The notes: generated from the letters alone by a model not told the origin. A stretch of 64,000 nucleotides of DNA from Truepera sp. (GCA_965218435.1 CBDCKW010000009.1:480001-544000), one strand, 5' to 3'; shown: positions 19,772 through 30,238, counted from the stretch's first letter. Translations and numbers: made by a program.

Positions 19772-21051
19772 GTGATAAGCGTTCTCCGCAATCGAAACTT
19801 TTCGTTGCTTTGGTGGGGAGGATTAGTCTCGATGATAGGAGACTACATGCTTTTCGTTGCGCTACCGATCTACATCTACCAGATGACCGGTTCGACCTTG
19901 GCAACGAGCTTGATGTTTATGGCTGGAGCGGTGCCTCGTGTCCTGCTGGGTTCGGTCGCAGGTGTTTTTGTAGACAGGTGGTCGCGCCAGCGGACGATGG
20001 TCGTCTGTAATTTGCTCTTAGCACTAGGCATCACCCCCCTGCTACTCGTCGCGCTGGGTGGCCCCATCTGGATCGTATACGTGGTGGCGATCTTTCAGTC
20101 ATCCGTCAACCAGTTTTTCGGGCCTGCCGAGAACGCCCTGTTACCAACGTTGGTGGACCGCGAACGGCTCACGTCGGCCAACGCGCTCAACGCGCTTAAT
20201 GACAATTTGGCACGTCTCCTCGGGCCTGCTGCGGGCGGGATCGTGGTCAGCTTCTCAGGACTCACGGGGGTTGTCGCTTTTGATCTAGCTTCTTACCTCA
20301 TTGCCGCAGTTCTTATCGCTTATATGAAAGTGCCTAAGGTCACAACCACTGAAGTTCGTCGAGAACGGCTCTCATTGGCGGACGTCCTCCGCAGTTTGGG
20401 ACATGAGTGGCGTGAAGGGCTGCGAGTTATCTCACGTCGCCGGATTGTTGCACTGCTAGTGGGTACCCGAACCTTTACCTCCCTGGGTGAGGGTGTGTTT
20501 AGCGTCTCCCTCGCGCCCTTCGTGACCGAAGTCTTTAGGGGTGGGGCGTTGCAGCTCGGTTGGGTGTTATCGGCTCAGGCGATAGGCGGCATCGTGGGTG
20601 GTGTTGCGATTGGCTGGCTGGGCGGGCGCATCTCTCCTGTGCTTCCCTACTTGGGTTTGGAGCTTTGCTTTTAGGAATTATTGACCTCGTCATCTTCAAT
20701 TATCCAGCTTTTCTTCCGAGTCTCATACCGGCGCTCGTCTTAATGGCCGTTGTAGGAATTCCTGCCTCAGGCTTCGGGGCGGGTTACACCACACTGATGC
20801 AAACGAACGTTACAGACAAACTCTTGGGCAGAGTATTCGGCGCTGTAGGTACTACCTCGGCGCTTGCCATGATTCTCGGCATGGCAACAGCAGGTGTTCT
20901 AGGTGACCATATCGGCGTCGTACCGGTTCTCAATGTCCAAGGTGTCGTTTACGTCACAGCAGGCATTGTAATTTTGGCCCTGATACGACCGAGACGGGCA
21001 AAAACTTCCTCATTCCAGACAACTGCTCCGGCTGACGAGCAGGCCACCTGA
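19772..21051 (+). pseudogene. MFS transporter (MFS_3/DHA3 efflux-like), frameshifted near 20636-20645
   Basis: NRNFSLLW, GVFVDRWSR, ANALN..LARLLGPAAGG; the last four TMs (LLGRVFG) are in the second frame 20560..21051. Confidence 0.8.
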
Positions 21052-21125
21052 CAAAGGCGCTAGGTATGTAGTCCTAAGTGCAGTGCTACGTTCGGCTGAT
21101 GTATGCGGCTGTTGACTGACGTGCG

Positions 21126-22121
21126 TTAAAACCGAAACGCGTAAGTCCCCCGTAAAAGAACAGGCGGTACACCGAAATCGTTGGCTAAAGCTGCGCCCAG
21201 CTCGAGCCCCAGCGCACCAGGCCCCAGCGCCGTCCCCGCCGAAAGATTCGCGCGGTAGGGCGGTGCGGTGGCGCGGTAAGGTTCAGCGGCGAGTTCGGCG
21301 CGGTACGAAAAACGGCCCAGCTCCCCCGCGGCGCTCCCCCGGAACCCCGGCCGGATACCCAGCTCGCCCGAACCAAGCAGCACCGCACCGGTCAGAGCCG
21401 GTAGTTCCTGACGGTTGAGCTGATACTCTGCCCCGGCCGCTAAAAACGCGCGTCCGGCTCCCGGCCCGGTGTTGCCCTCTAACAGCACGACACCGTTATC
21501 ACTCTCTACCAGGCGGCGCAGCTGTAGCCGCGCGTCAAAGCCTGCGCCGAGCCCCGTCCCGGACTGATAGCTGAGTGCGGGCGTCGCCTCTAGCAGTAAG
21601 GTCCGGCCGAGGCGCTGGGTCGCGCCGACCGCCAGGTACGCACCGGTTCCCACGCTCTCGTCCAGATTTACTTGTGTGACTGCACTGGCAGGGGGTAAAA
21701 AGGGGCGGCTATCTAAGGTGTAGGCGGCGGTGGGCGAAAACGCGCCGGGGTTGCGATTAAAAACTGTCAGCGAAGCGTCCACGCCGGTCGCGGCGAGTGC
21801 GCCCGCAGCGTCCGCGCCGAGGTCAAACGCCCCGCCGGTGTCAGCGTCGGCGTGACCGGCGACGCTCACGGTCCCAAGTGGGCCGAACGACGAGCGAAAG
21901 CGTAAAACCGCGCCCAACTCGAGCGGTCCTGTCACCCCGTCGGCGACGCGCACATCAAGTGTCGTCGCGCCGAGGTCGAGCTCGCGGAGTTGCACTTCGG
22001 GCTCGAGCACGCCGTCGTAAGACAGGGCGACGCCGAAGGTTTGGGCGTTGCCCATAGGCACGAGCCCCAAGATAAGGAGCAAAAAGAACATCACGGTGGG
22101 TCGGTCGTAAGAATAGGCCAT
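21126..22121 (-). CDS. Putative outer-membrane beta-barrel protein
   Basis: Signal peptide, Gly/Ala-rich alternating strands, C-terminal YAFRF. Confidence 0.6.
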   Translation of the reverse strand: MAYSYDRPTVMFFLLLILGLVPMGNAQTFGVALSYDGVLEPEVQLRELDLGATTLDVRVADGVTGPLELGAVLRFRSSFGPLGTVSVAGHADADTGGAFDLGADAAGALAATGVDASLTVFNRNPGAFSPTAAYTLDSRPFLPPASAVTQVNLDESVGTGAYLAVGATQRLGRTLLLEATPALSYQSGTGLGAGFDARLQLRRLVESDNGVVLLEGNTGPGAGRAFLAAGAEYQLNRQELPALTGAVLLGSGELGIRPGFRGSAAGELGRFSYRAELAAEPYRATAPPYRANLSAGTALGPGALGLELGAALANDFGVPPVLLRGTYAFRF

Positions 22122-22365
22122 AGCAAACTATAGCGGCTCAGCGTGAAGACCGCGCCCGGTTCGGTAAGGCAACCTCGCCAAAAAAGCGGAACGGTGCAAA
22201 AGTAGCGGGGTTTCGGCGTAGAGATGGTACATTTTTTCTGGGCACATCTGGGTAAAAGTCGGCTTTGTTGCCCACAGGTACAGACTTTTACCGGTCAGCC
22301 TCCGTGTTGAATTAGTTTTGTCCGCTACCGTGACAAATAGGTCGTGGCAAATGGAAAAGAGGAGT

Positions 22366-24909
22366 ATGAACATTCTCGGACATATGACCGTCCTGCCCGA
22401 CGTTCCGGGGCGCATCGCACGTTTGGGCGAGTTGTCAAATAATCTCTACTGGACCTGGCGGCCCGACGCGCGTAGGCTTTTTCGCCGTCTCGACCCCGAG
22501 TTGTGGGAGCAGGTAGGGCACAGCCCGGTCGAGCTGTTACGCGACATCTCGCAAGCGAAGCTCGAGGCTGCGGCAAAAAATTCTGAGTATCTGGCGCTTT
22601 ACGACGAGGTTGTCGGCGCGTTTGACGCGTACATGACGCGCTCTAAAAGCTGGTTTAGCGAACGCTCGAGTGGTCAACCGGAGGACGTTTACGCCTACTT
22701 TTGTATGGAGTACGGCTGGCACGAAGCCGTGGCGCTCTATTCGGGCGGTTTGGGGGTGCTGGCCGGTGACCACACCAAGGCGGCGTCGGATTTAGGGGTG
22801 CCGCTCGTCGCCGTCGGGCCATGGTTTCCTGAAGGCTACTTTCACCAACGCGTCGCGCAAACCGGTGAACAAGAAGCGTTTTACGAGCGGCTGAGCCCGA
22901 GTGAAATGCCCTTTACCCCGGTTCTTAAGGACGGCGAAGAGGTGCGCGTCGGCGTCACCTTACAGGGCCGTGAAGTGCAGCTCCGGGCGTGGCACTTAGC
23001 GGTCGGCACCGTGCCGGTGTATCTCCTTGACACCGACGTGCCGGAAAACTCGCCTGAAGACCGAGGGCTATTCTCACGGCTTTACGGCGGTGACCAAAGA
23101 ACCCGAATTGCGCAGGAGATTTTGCTAGGAGTCGGCGGCGTGCGGCTCTTGCGGGCGCTCGGTATCGCGCCGACCTCGTGGCATATGAACGAGGGACACA
23201 GCGCGTTTATGCCTTTGGAGCGTTGCCGCGAACTCGTCGAAGCCGGGATGCCGTTCTCCGAAGCGCGTGAAGTCGTCGCGGCGGGGACGGTCTTTACCGT
23301 TCACACCCCGGTCGCTGCCGGGAACGACACCTTCCCGTTTGACCTTATGAATCAGTTTTTTAGCGGATTTTGGGGTAGCTTGGGCCTGAGTCAGAGCGAG
23401 TTTCACGACTTAGGCCGTCACGATCACGGCTGGGGACCGGTTTTTAGTATGCCCGCGCTGGCGCTCCGTTTTTCCACCGGCCGTAACGGCGTCGCTAAAC
23501 TCCACGGCGAAACCTCACGCGAAATCTGGCGCGACCTCTGGCCCGAAGTACCGACCGACGAGGTACCGATCATGCACATCACCAACGGCGTTCACGAGCA
23601 GACCTGGGTCGCGCCTGAAATTCACGACCTGCTCAGCACGGTCTTGCCCGAAGATTGGCGGGAGCACTTTGACGACGCGGCGATGTGGGCAAAGGTAGAG
23701 ACTTTAGATAACGCTAAACTCTGGGCGGTGCGGCAGAGACTTAATCAGCAGAGCATCGAGTTTTTCCGCGACCGACTGGCGCGGCAGCTCACCCGTTACG
23801 GCTCCTCCCCGACCGCTGTCCGCGAGACCGAAGGGCTGTTTGACAAAAACACGCTGACCATCGGGTTTGCACGGCGTTTTGCGACCTATAAACGTGCCAC
23901 CCTGATCTTTCGTGATTTAGACCGGCTGGCGCGTATTTTGGGTGATCCCGATCGGCCCGTTCAGCTTGTCTTTGCCGGCAAAGCGCACCCCGCCGACAAA
24001 CCGGGGCAGGCGCTCATCGCCACGATTCAGGCGTTGTCGCAAGAACCGCGTTTCGCGGGTAAAATCTTGTTTATCGAAGATTACGATATGGCGATTGGGC
24101 GGGCGATGACGCGCGGGGTTGATGTGTGGCTTAATAACCCTAGGCGACCGCTCGAGGCGTCCGGGACGAGTGGGCAAAAAGCTGCGATGAACGGCATCTT
24201 AAACTTGTCTATCTTAGACGGCTGGTGGCCCGAAGGTTTTGACGGCGATAACGGTTGGGCGATCGGCTCAGGCGTCAATATGTCCGTCTCGGACGCTGCC
24301 GACGCTGCCGACGCCGACGCGCTCTACGACCTGTTAGAACGCGAAGTGGTGCCGCTCTACTACGACCGCGACGAGCAGGGTATCCCGCAAGCTTGGTTGG
24401 AACGCTCGAAAAACGCCATGGCGACGATCTCCCCAGCCTTTAACGCCCGCCGGATGGTCCGCGATTACGTCGAGACGTTTTACGCCCCGGCTGCCGAACG
24501 TGCCCGTCAGCTTGCCAAAGACGACTACGCGCCGGCTGCGGCGCTCGCCAAGTGGCGGCAAAAAGTTCAGCACAACTGGCACGGCGTTTACGTCAGTGCG
24601 AAGCCCTTGCAGGTCTCAGCGGCGCGAATTGGCGAGACGCTGCAAGTTGAAGCTGTCGTCAACCCGCGCGACTTTGACGAAGGGTCGCTCTGCGTCGAGC
24701 TCGTCTACAGCCCCGAAGGGGACGCTTTAGAGCACCACCTGCACACGGTGACGCTGACGTGCGCCGAACGCTACGACGACGGCGGCTGCTTGTACCGCGC
24801 TACCTTTGCTCCCAAAGTCAGCGGACAACTCGCCTACGGTGTCCGGGTCTACCCGACGAATCAGGCGTTAGTCAGCCCTTTTGACGCGCACGCCATTCGC
24901 TGGGCGTAA
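22366..24909 (+). CDS. glgP: Alpha-glucan (glycogen/maltodextrin) phosphorylase
   Basis: YSGGLGVLAGD, HMNEGH, FARRFATYKR, EASGTSGQK PLP-lysine; GAGGAG RBS before ATG 22366. Confidence 0.96.
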   Translation: MNILGHMTVLPDVPGRIARLGELSNNLYWTWRPDARRLFRRLDPELWEQVGHSPVELLRDISQAKLEAAAKNSEYLALYDEVVGAFDAYMTRSKSWFSERSSGQPEDVYAYFCMEYGWHEAVALYSGGLGVLAGDHTKAASDLGVPLVAVGPWFPEGYFHQRVAQTGEQEAFYERLSPSEMPFTPVLKDGEEVRVGVTLQGREVQLRAWHLAVGTVPVYLLDTDVPENSPEDRGLFSRLYGGDQRTRIAQEILLGVGGVRLLRALGIAPTSWHMNEGHSAFMPLERCRELVEAGMPFSEAREVVAAGTVFTVHTPVAAGNDTFPFDLMNQFFSGFWGSLGLSQSEFHDLGRHDHGWGPVFSMPALALRFSTGRNGVAKLHGETSREIWRDLWPEVPTDEVPIMHITNGVHEQTWVAPEIHDLLSTVLPEDWREHFDDAAMWAKVETLDNAKLWAVRQRLNQQSIEFFRDRLARQLTRYGSSPTAVRETEGLFDKNTLTIGFARRFATYKRATLIFRDLDRLARILGDPDRPVQLVFAGKAHPADKPGQALIATIQALSQEPRFAGKILFIEDYDMAIGRAMTRGVDVWLNNPRRPLEASGTSGQKAAMNGILNLSILDGWWPEGFDGDNGWAIGSGVNMSVSDAADAADADALYDLLEREVVPLYYDRDEQGIPQAWLERSKNAMATISPAFNARRMVRDYVETFYAPAAERARQLAKDDYAPAAALAKWRQKVQHNWHGVYVSAKPLQVSAARIGETLQVEAVVNPRDFDEGSLCVELVYSPEGDALEHHLHTVTLTCAERYDDGGCLYRATFAPKVSGQLAYGVRVYPTNQALVSPFDAHAIRWA

Positions 24910-24927
24910 CTCTCTAAAAAGTTTCGT

Positions 24928-24954
24928 AAAGAGCAGGTACGCCTGCTCTTTTTT
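24928..24954 (+). terminator. Rho-independent terminator after glgP
   Basis: AAAGAGCAGG-TACG-CCTGCTCTTTTTT. Confidence 0.85.
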
Positions 24955-24994
24955 ACTTTGCCTCAGTCAAGGGTGGCTTAAAGGCAGGGATGAC

Positions 24995-25348
24995 TTAAAG
25001 GCAGGCGCTCTGCTGCTTGAACGACAGCACGTAGTCTCGAGCCCGCTCTAAAGGATAGGTCAAGGTAGGGTCACCGTCCGGCGCTGCGTCGAGCCAGAGT
25101 TCTGCGGCTCCTCTAGCTAAGGCTGCCTCAAGCAGTTCTTCTTTGGCCCGGTAGTCGGCGGCGCACTGAACGTTTACGGCGCTACCACTAGGCAAAGCTG
25201 AGAGGTGGGCCGCCGGGAGTGTGTCGTCAGTAAAGATTAGCGCGACCCGCTCTTTTCCAACTCGCAGCAGTGCCGGGTCGAGGATGCCGAGACAGTTGTG
25301 CCCGTGACTACGCCCTAAAAAGTAGAGCGGTTGGTCTAAAAAGTACAT
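24995..25348 (-). CDS. Hypothetical protein
   Basis: MYFLDQPLYFLG..DYRAKEELL..SFKQQSACL, protein-like composition; start uncertain (ATG 25348 or TTG 25411). Confidence 0.65.
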   Translation of the reverse strand: MYFLDQPLYFLGRSHGHNCLGILDPALLRVGKERVALIFTDDTLPAAHLSALPSGSAVNVQCAADYRAKEELLEAALARGAAELWLDAAPDGDPTLTYPLERARDYVLSFKQQSACL

Positions 25349-25703
25349 GATCCAGTTTAGTCGGCTGTTCTCTGCGCAGCTGTTTTCCACACAGTTGATC
25401 TTTACCTCCAATAATCTTCACTTCCAAGCAGCGCAAGTTGTAGCTCTTAGACACGCTCAGTTCGGTGTCACGGTTGAAGTCTCGAGGCTTTGCTAAACGA
25501 CTTTTAGGCAGCAACAGCAACATATTTGACACGCCTGGGCTTTCGCCACCGCAGTTCATGTGCTCGTTAACCGCATAAGCCAACACAAAAAGGGCATTCT
25601 ATAGCAGTGCAGCACCAAAAATAGAGGCCGCAGAAAACGAAAGCAACCTCTTGTTGGCGTTACAAGCGAAAAACTGACAGTGGCTAAACGCTTGAAAATG
25701 CTG

Positions 25704-26642
25704 TTATGCCGTCCTAGCCTCCTCGACAAGCTTTGCTACCGCGCTAAGCACACTCTGCAAGGTTTCAAGTACCCCTTTAAGCTCGTGCGGGTGCGGAGCT
25801 AGAAAGGCGAGGTTGTCGAGTACCGAGAGGTATATCAGCGCCCGGAAGTGCGTTTCAAACCCCTCGGGCAGGCCGCGTACCCGCCGGTAGCTCTCCAAGA
25901 ACGCGGCCCGCTCGGGTGGCTCCATATCGAGCGTGCAGTCGGCTACGTCAAGGAGGTAGGGACCCCAACCGAGCCGTCCAAAGTCGATAACCCGCAGCTC
26001 ACCGCCGTGCCCCAAGAAGTTGCCGGAGTGTGCGTCGCCATGAACGAGCCCGAAACCGCCAGGAATCTCGTGTATAGGGTCTAGCAGCGCCGTGAGGGTA
26101 CTCCAAGCGGCTTCAACAACAGCCACTTCATCAGGGCTTAAGTGCTCAGGGCCGAGGAGCACTTGCAACGCCTTCCAACGATGCCGGTAGTACGCGAGGT
26201 CGTAGGTATCGCGCTTGAAGTCAGCAGGTGGCCGAAACGTTTCGGCGTGGCGGTGAAGCCGCGCGAAAAGTGTGCCCGCTTGGGACGCTTGGATGAGGTC
26301 GAGCGGCGCGTCGAGAGCCTGCCCTTCAACCCACGAGAGCAGCGTCGCCCAAGGCGGCGTCTGTTTGGTGTTGCCGAGCGGCACGACCCACGCATCCTCG
26401 GTACTGCGGATCGGCTCGGGGGCGAGCCCCTTGTTTGCAGCGTTTAAGAAGTTGAGCCAAACCAACTCGGCGGTGAGTATTTGAAGGTTGAGACGCGCGG
26501 CGGTGTGCAGGCGGAGTACGAACGACCTGTCGGGGGTGTCTACTCGAAAATTGATGTTCTCGGACCCGCCCAGGCGTGTTAAGCACGTGTCAGCTAAGCC
26601 GTAGGCCGCTAATGCCCGCTGCGTGTTTGCTGCATGTATCAT
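25704..26642 (-). CDS. APH/choline-kinase-family phosphotransferase (type II homoserine kinase-like)
   Basis: SENINFRV, FVLRLH, Brenner motif HGDAHSGN, IDFG. Confidence 0.85.
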   Translation of the reverse strand: MIHAANTQRALAAYGLADTCLTRLGGSENINFRVDTPDRSFVLRLHTAARLNLQILTAELVWLNFLNAANKGLAPEPIRSTEDAWVVPLGNTKQTPPWATLLSWVEGQALDAPLDLIQASQAGTLFARLHRHAETFRPPADFKRDTYDLAYYRHRWKALQVLLGPEHLSPDEVAVVEAAWSTLTALLDPIHEIPGGFGLVHGDAHSGNFLGHGGELRVIDFGRLGWGPYLLDVADCTLDMEPPERAAFLESYRRVRGLPEGFETHFRALIYLSVLDNLAFLAPHPHELKGVLETLQSVLSAVAKLVEEARTA

Positions 26643-26781
26643 CGGTGTACCTCACTTGAGATTGTTGCCGGTATGTTTTACGGATTTGCCCGTTTAGTAA
26701 GACGAGATGAGCATCGTTGCCACGCCGGACCAGGGTACGCTTGGTCGGCAAAAAGTCGTTCAGTTCTGAAAATGAGGTAGC

Positions 26782-26810
26782 AAGAAAAACCGCAGGCTGG
26801 CCTGCGGCTT
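26782..26810 (-). terminator. Rho-independent terminator ~140 nt upstream of the phosphotransferase start (attenuator candidate)
   Basis: Minus strand CCGCAGG-ccag-CCTGCGG-TTTTTCTT. Confidence 0.8.
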
Positions 26811-27004
26811 AGATGTTTAGGCTAGATGTCTAAAAATCGGCAGACCTCTCCCGTAGTTCTTGGGTAGGACGTCGGAACCGTGAAGCTAGAAGGGATGCGT
26901 TGCACCGTGACAAAAGCCCTCGATGCCCGGCTAAGGCAGCATCTGAAGGGTCGTTTGCGCGTTCGGCTCGTTCCATGTTCAACAGCTCCCCCAGCGTAGC
27001 TCCT
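26782..27004 (-). ncRNA. Candidate structured leader RNA or sRNA (~220 nt) containing a 48-aa uORF (26830..26976)
   Basis: Bounded by a consensus-like promoter and a terminator; long 5'/3' pairing with G-U pairs on the minus strand only. Confidence 0.5.
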
Positions 27005-27009
27005 CCTAG

Positions 27010-27039
27010 AGGATAAGTGTGCAATCACGGAAGTGTCAA
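27010..27039 (-). promoter_or_regulatory. Sigma70-type promoter
   Basis: Minus strand TTGACA (27039-27034), 18 nt spacer, TATCCT (27015-27010). Confidence 0.65.
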
Positions 27040-27280
27040 GCCGAACACTTAGGTGAAGCTGCTCAAGTAGTGTGCTTATGAACTAGTAAGGCTTTCCCTC
27101 ATACCCATGTATCGGCCTAAGTGGTGGGGGGTTGCACAGCTAATGCAGTCGTTGTTGCTTTTCACAGAAGGGACTTCGACAGTTTTGGAGCGAACCGAAA
27201 CGAGCCGGATACTCTAAGGTATATTATCGCTCAATTCTGATTCGATTACCCGCTACACCTCTGCGACGCTGCCAAAACCC

Positions 27281-27577
27281 TTAGCGGTTGCTGCCGGGAT
27301 TCCAGTTGGTCGCAAAGTCCAGCAGATTAAGAGGCTTTTTGGTCTTAAACTGGTGCGGGACCCTGGCCTTGGCCGCTGCAATCTGGGTGGCACTGGCACC
27401 GCCACTCGCCGAACTTTGTTCGATGATGACGCCGGAAATCTGGATGTTGTTGCCCCCGGCTAGCGCGGTGCTCTGGCCCTGCTGCGTGTTAGGGCTAAAA
27501 CTGCAAGCCGCTAAAGTTGCAGCCGAACCCAGACATAACCCTAGACATAAAAGCCTTGCTAAACCTTTGGTGATCAT
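27281..27577 (-). CDS. Small hypothetical lipoprotein, possibly truncated
   Basis: GGAGGAG RBS before ATG 27577; LAAC lipobox; 98 aa. Confidence 0.55.
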   Translation of the reverse strand: MITKGLARLLCLGLCLGSAATLAACSFSPNTQQGQSTALAGGNNIQISGVIIEQSSASGGASATQIAAAKARVPHQFKTKKPLNLLDFATNWNPGSNR

Positions 27578-27722
27578 GTAACTCCTCCGGGACACCCTAA
27601 TCAGGCCATTTTAACAGGACGCAGTGCCCGTGCGGGGCGGAATGTCCCAATTCTGCTTTATATCTGCTCTGCGGTAGGGTTATGCGGGCTATAGCTACGC
27701 CCGACGCGCTAGAATAGCCTTA

Positions 27723-30224
27723 ATGGATATTGACCGCGAAGCCCTCTACACATTCTTTCAGCAGCACCCTGAAAAACCCTGGCACCTGCAGGACGTGCAG
27801 CGGCAGCTCAAACTCAGCGACCGCGAAGACCTGCGCCGCGAACTCGCCTCACTCGTTGACGACGGGCGGCTGATCCGTACCCGCCGCCGCACCTACGGCT
27901 TACCGCAAGAGATGAACCTCCGGCCCGGCCGTTTACAGGTCACTTCAGGTGGTTATGGGTTTGTCATTTTAGACGGCGACACCGGCGAAAAAGATCTGTT
28001 CGTTCCAGCGGAGAGTCTAAACGGCGCGTGGGACGGCGACCGGGTGTTGGCGCGGCCCGACCAGCGCAGTGGTGAAAAACCCTCGGGTGAGATCGTCCGG
28101 GTATTAGAGCGCAAACACGACCGCGTGGTCGGTACCTTGGAGTATTCGCGCGGTTACGCGATTTTGCGTCCCGATTCGCCGCGATTACGTGAACGTATCT
28201 TGCTCTTGCCTGATTCAGTAGGCAAGCTCGAGGCAGGCTCGCGCATCGTCGTGAAGATCATCTGGCCTGAAGATTCGGGCGAAAAAGAGCCGTTTGGTGA
28301 ACTCGAGGAGTCCTTGGGCGACGGCGACTCACCCGAAATCGAGACCAGAGCGGTCATCGTCAAATTCGACCTCAAAGACGAGTTCGACGCTAAAACCCTC
28401 GCCGAAGCCGAGGCTGTGCCCGACACCGTTTCACCCGAAATGATGGCGGGCCGGACCGACATCCGTGACCTCAACACCTTTACGGTTGACGGGGCCGACG
28501 CCAAAGACTTTGACGACGCCATCTCTTTAGAACGTCTCGGCAAGGGCAAAACGGCGCTCTTACGGGTCGGTGTTCACATCGCCGATGTGTCGTACTACGT
28601 CGCGGAGGGTACCAGTTTGGACGCTGAAGCCAAAGAGCGGGCGACGAGTGTCTATCTGCCGGGGCAAGTCTTGCCGATGTTGCCCGAACAACTCTCGAAC
28701 GGCATCTGCTCACTCGTCGAAGGGGAGCCGCGCCTGACCCTTTCAGTCTTCGCCGATTTGACCAAAGACGGCGAGGTCAGACACATGGAGGTCAAAGAGA
28801 CCGTTATCACCTCCGACGCTCGTCTGACCTACGACGAAGTGCAAGCGTTTGCCGAGGGTGAAAAGTTACCCAAAGGTAAGGGTAAACTCGGCCGCGACAT
28901 CACCCAGCTCTTAAAGCTCACGCAGACGCTCCGCGAAAAACGTCTCGACAAAGGGGCGCTTAACTTCGAGTTTACTGAAGCCAAGGTAGATGTGACCGAC
29001 GAAGGCGAACTCAGCGTCACCCCGATTCGGCCCAATCAGGCGCGGCAGCTCATCGAAGAGCTGATGCTCTTAGCCAACCGGCTGGTCGCCCAAGACCTTT
29101 CGGCCAAAGACATCCCCGCCTTGTACCGTGTCCACGAGGACCCGAGTGAAGCCAAGGTTCAGGCATTAGTGGCAAGTCTAGGGCGGCTCGGTTACAAGCT
29201 CGATATGACGCAAGTCGAGGCTGAAGACCTGCAGGCCATCATCCGCGAGGCGGCGGGTAAGCCTGAAGCGCAGCTCGTCAATACGCTGCTGCTACGCTCT
29301 TTGAAGCAGGCCCGTTACAGCGCCGACAACCTAGGTCACTTCGGCCTAGCGTTTGAGCATTACCTGCACTTCACCTCGCCGATTCGCCGTTACCCCGACC
29401 TGGTGGTTCACCGTGTCCTGCGGGCGTCGCTGCAAAATCGGCTTTCCCCAACGCTTAAAGAGCGGCTTAAAAGTGACTTTCCGGCTCTGGCCGAACATGT
29501 GAGCGAACGCGAACGGTTGGCCGAAGACGCCGAACGCGACCTGACGCGTTACTACCACGCGCGTTGGGCCAAAGAGCACCGGGGCGAGGTCTTTAACGGC
29601 CTGATTACGGGGGTGACGAACTTCGGCATTTTTGTGGCGCTGCCAAACGGCGTTGAGGGGCTTGTCCACGTGTCGCAGCTCGAGGACGACTACTACATGT
29701 ATATCGAAGACCAGATGATGATGCTCGGCAAATCGAGTAAAAAGAAGTTCCGGCTCGGTGGGCGGATGGAGGTGCGTATCTTAAACGCGAACCCGACTAT
29801 TCGGCAGATTGACCTGGGTCCGAGCAGCGCCGAAGTGCCGGACGAGCCCGAGGAAGAGGAGCGCCCACAAGAGCGTGCGCCGCGTCACCTCAAAACGCCG
29901 CTGAGCGCGTCGGGCGGTGCGTCGTCGAATGGCGTCGCGCGCGGTGCCAAAGACCGTGGCCCGGAGCGTCACGCGGGGGCGCTCAGCGCCGACCCGGACG
30001 AGGCTGAGGTTTCGGTCTCGCGTGAAGACGAGGTACGTGACGACCTGCGGCGGCGTGAAGTCAGACCGACGCGGGGCTCTGGACGGAGCGAACGAAATAG
30101 AAACGGGCGTAAAGCGCAGACTGACCCTGCCGACGCCAAGCCTACTGAAGTTTCGACCACTGTCCCTGACCAACCGGCCCGCAAACGCCGCGTTTTGGTC
30201 TTCGGCGATTTTCATAAAAAGTAA
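27723..30224 (+). CDS. rnr: Ribonuclease R
   Basis: N-terminal HTH, cold-shock GYGFV, RNB DGADAKDFDDA, HFTSPIRRYPDL, S1 domain, charged tail. Confidence 0.96.
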   Translation: MDIDREALYTFFQQHPEKPWHLQDVQRQLKLSDREDLRRELASLVDDGRLIRTRRRTYGLPQEMNLRPGRLQVTSGGYGFVILDGDTGEKDLFVPAESLNGAWDGDRVLARPDQRSGEKPSGEIVRVLERKHDRVVGTLEYSRGYAILRPDSPRLRERILLLPDSVGKLEAGSRIVVKIIWPEDSGEKEPFGELEESLGDGDSPEIETRAVIVKFDLKDEFDAKTLAEAEAVPDTVSPEMMAGRTDIRDLNTFTVDGADAKDFDDAISLERLGKGKTALLRVGVHIADVSYYVAEGTSLDAEAKERATSVYLPGQVLPMLPEQLSNGICSLVEGEPRLTLSVFADLTKDGEVRHMEVKETVITSDARLTYDEVQAFAEGEKLPKGKGKLGRDITQLLKLTQTLREKRLDKGALNFEFTEAKVDVTDEGELSVTPIRPNQARQLIEELMLLANRLVAQDLSAKDIPALYRVHEDPSEAKVQALVASLGRLGYKLDMTQVEAEDLQAIIREAAGKPEAQLVNTLLLRSLKQARYSADNLGHFGLAFEHYLHFTSPIRRYPDLVVHRVLRASLQNRLSPTLKERLKSDFPALAEHVSERERLAEDAERDLTRYYHARWAKEHRGEVFNGLITGVTNFGIFVALPNGVEGLVHVSQLEDDYYMYIEDQMMMLGKSSKKKFRLGGRMEVRILNANPTIRQIDLGPSSAEVPDEPEEEERPQERAPRHLKTPLSASGGASSNGVARGAKDRGPERHAGALSADPDEAEVSVSREDEVRDDLRRREVRPTRGSGRSERNRNGRKAQTDPADAKPTEVSTTVPDQPARKRRVLVFGDFHKK

Positions 30225-30238
30225 AGCGCGGTCTTACG

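Noticed and set aside
25420..25600. c-di-GMP-I or FMN riboswitch upstream of the 24995 gene (GGCGAAAGCC, GCAAAGCCTC)
   Set aside because: Isolated short matches; element order and pairing do not fit either consensus.
27046..27180. M-box (ykoK) riboswitch on the plus strand (TTAGGTGAAGCT..TAATGCAG)
   Set aside because: Other conserved blocks are missing and no plus-strand Mg transporter follows.
19201..28226. CTCGAG-free gaps (19201-21200, 25487-28226) as proof of horizontal transfer
   Set aside because: With about 128 sites in 64 kb, gaps of 2-2.5 kb are expected by chance, and pdxS also lies in such a gap; only supporting evidence at best.
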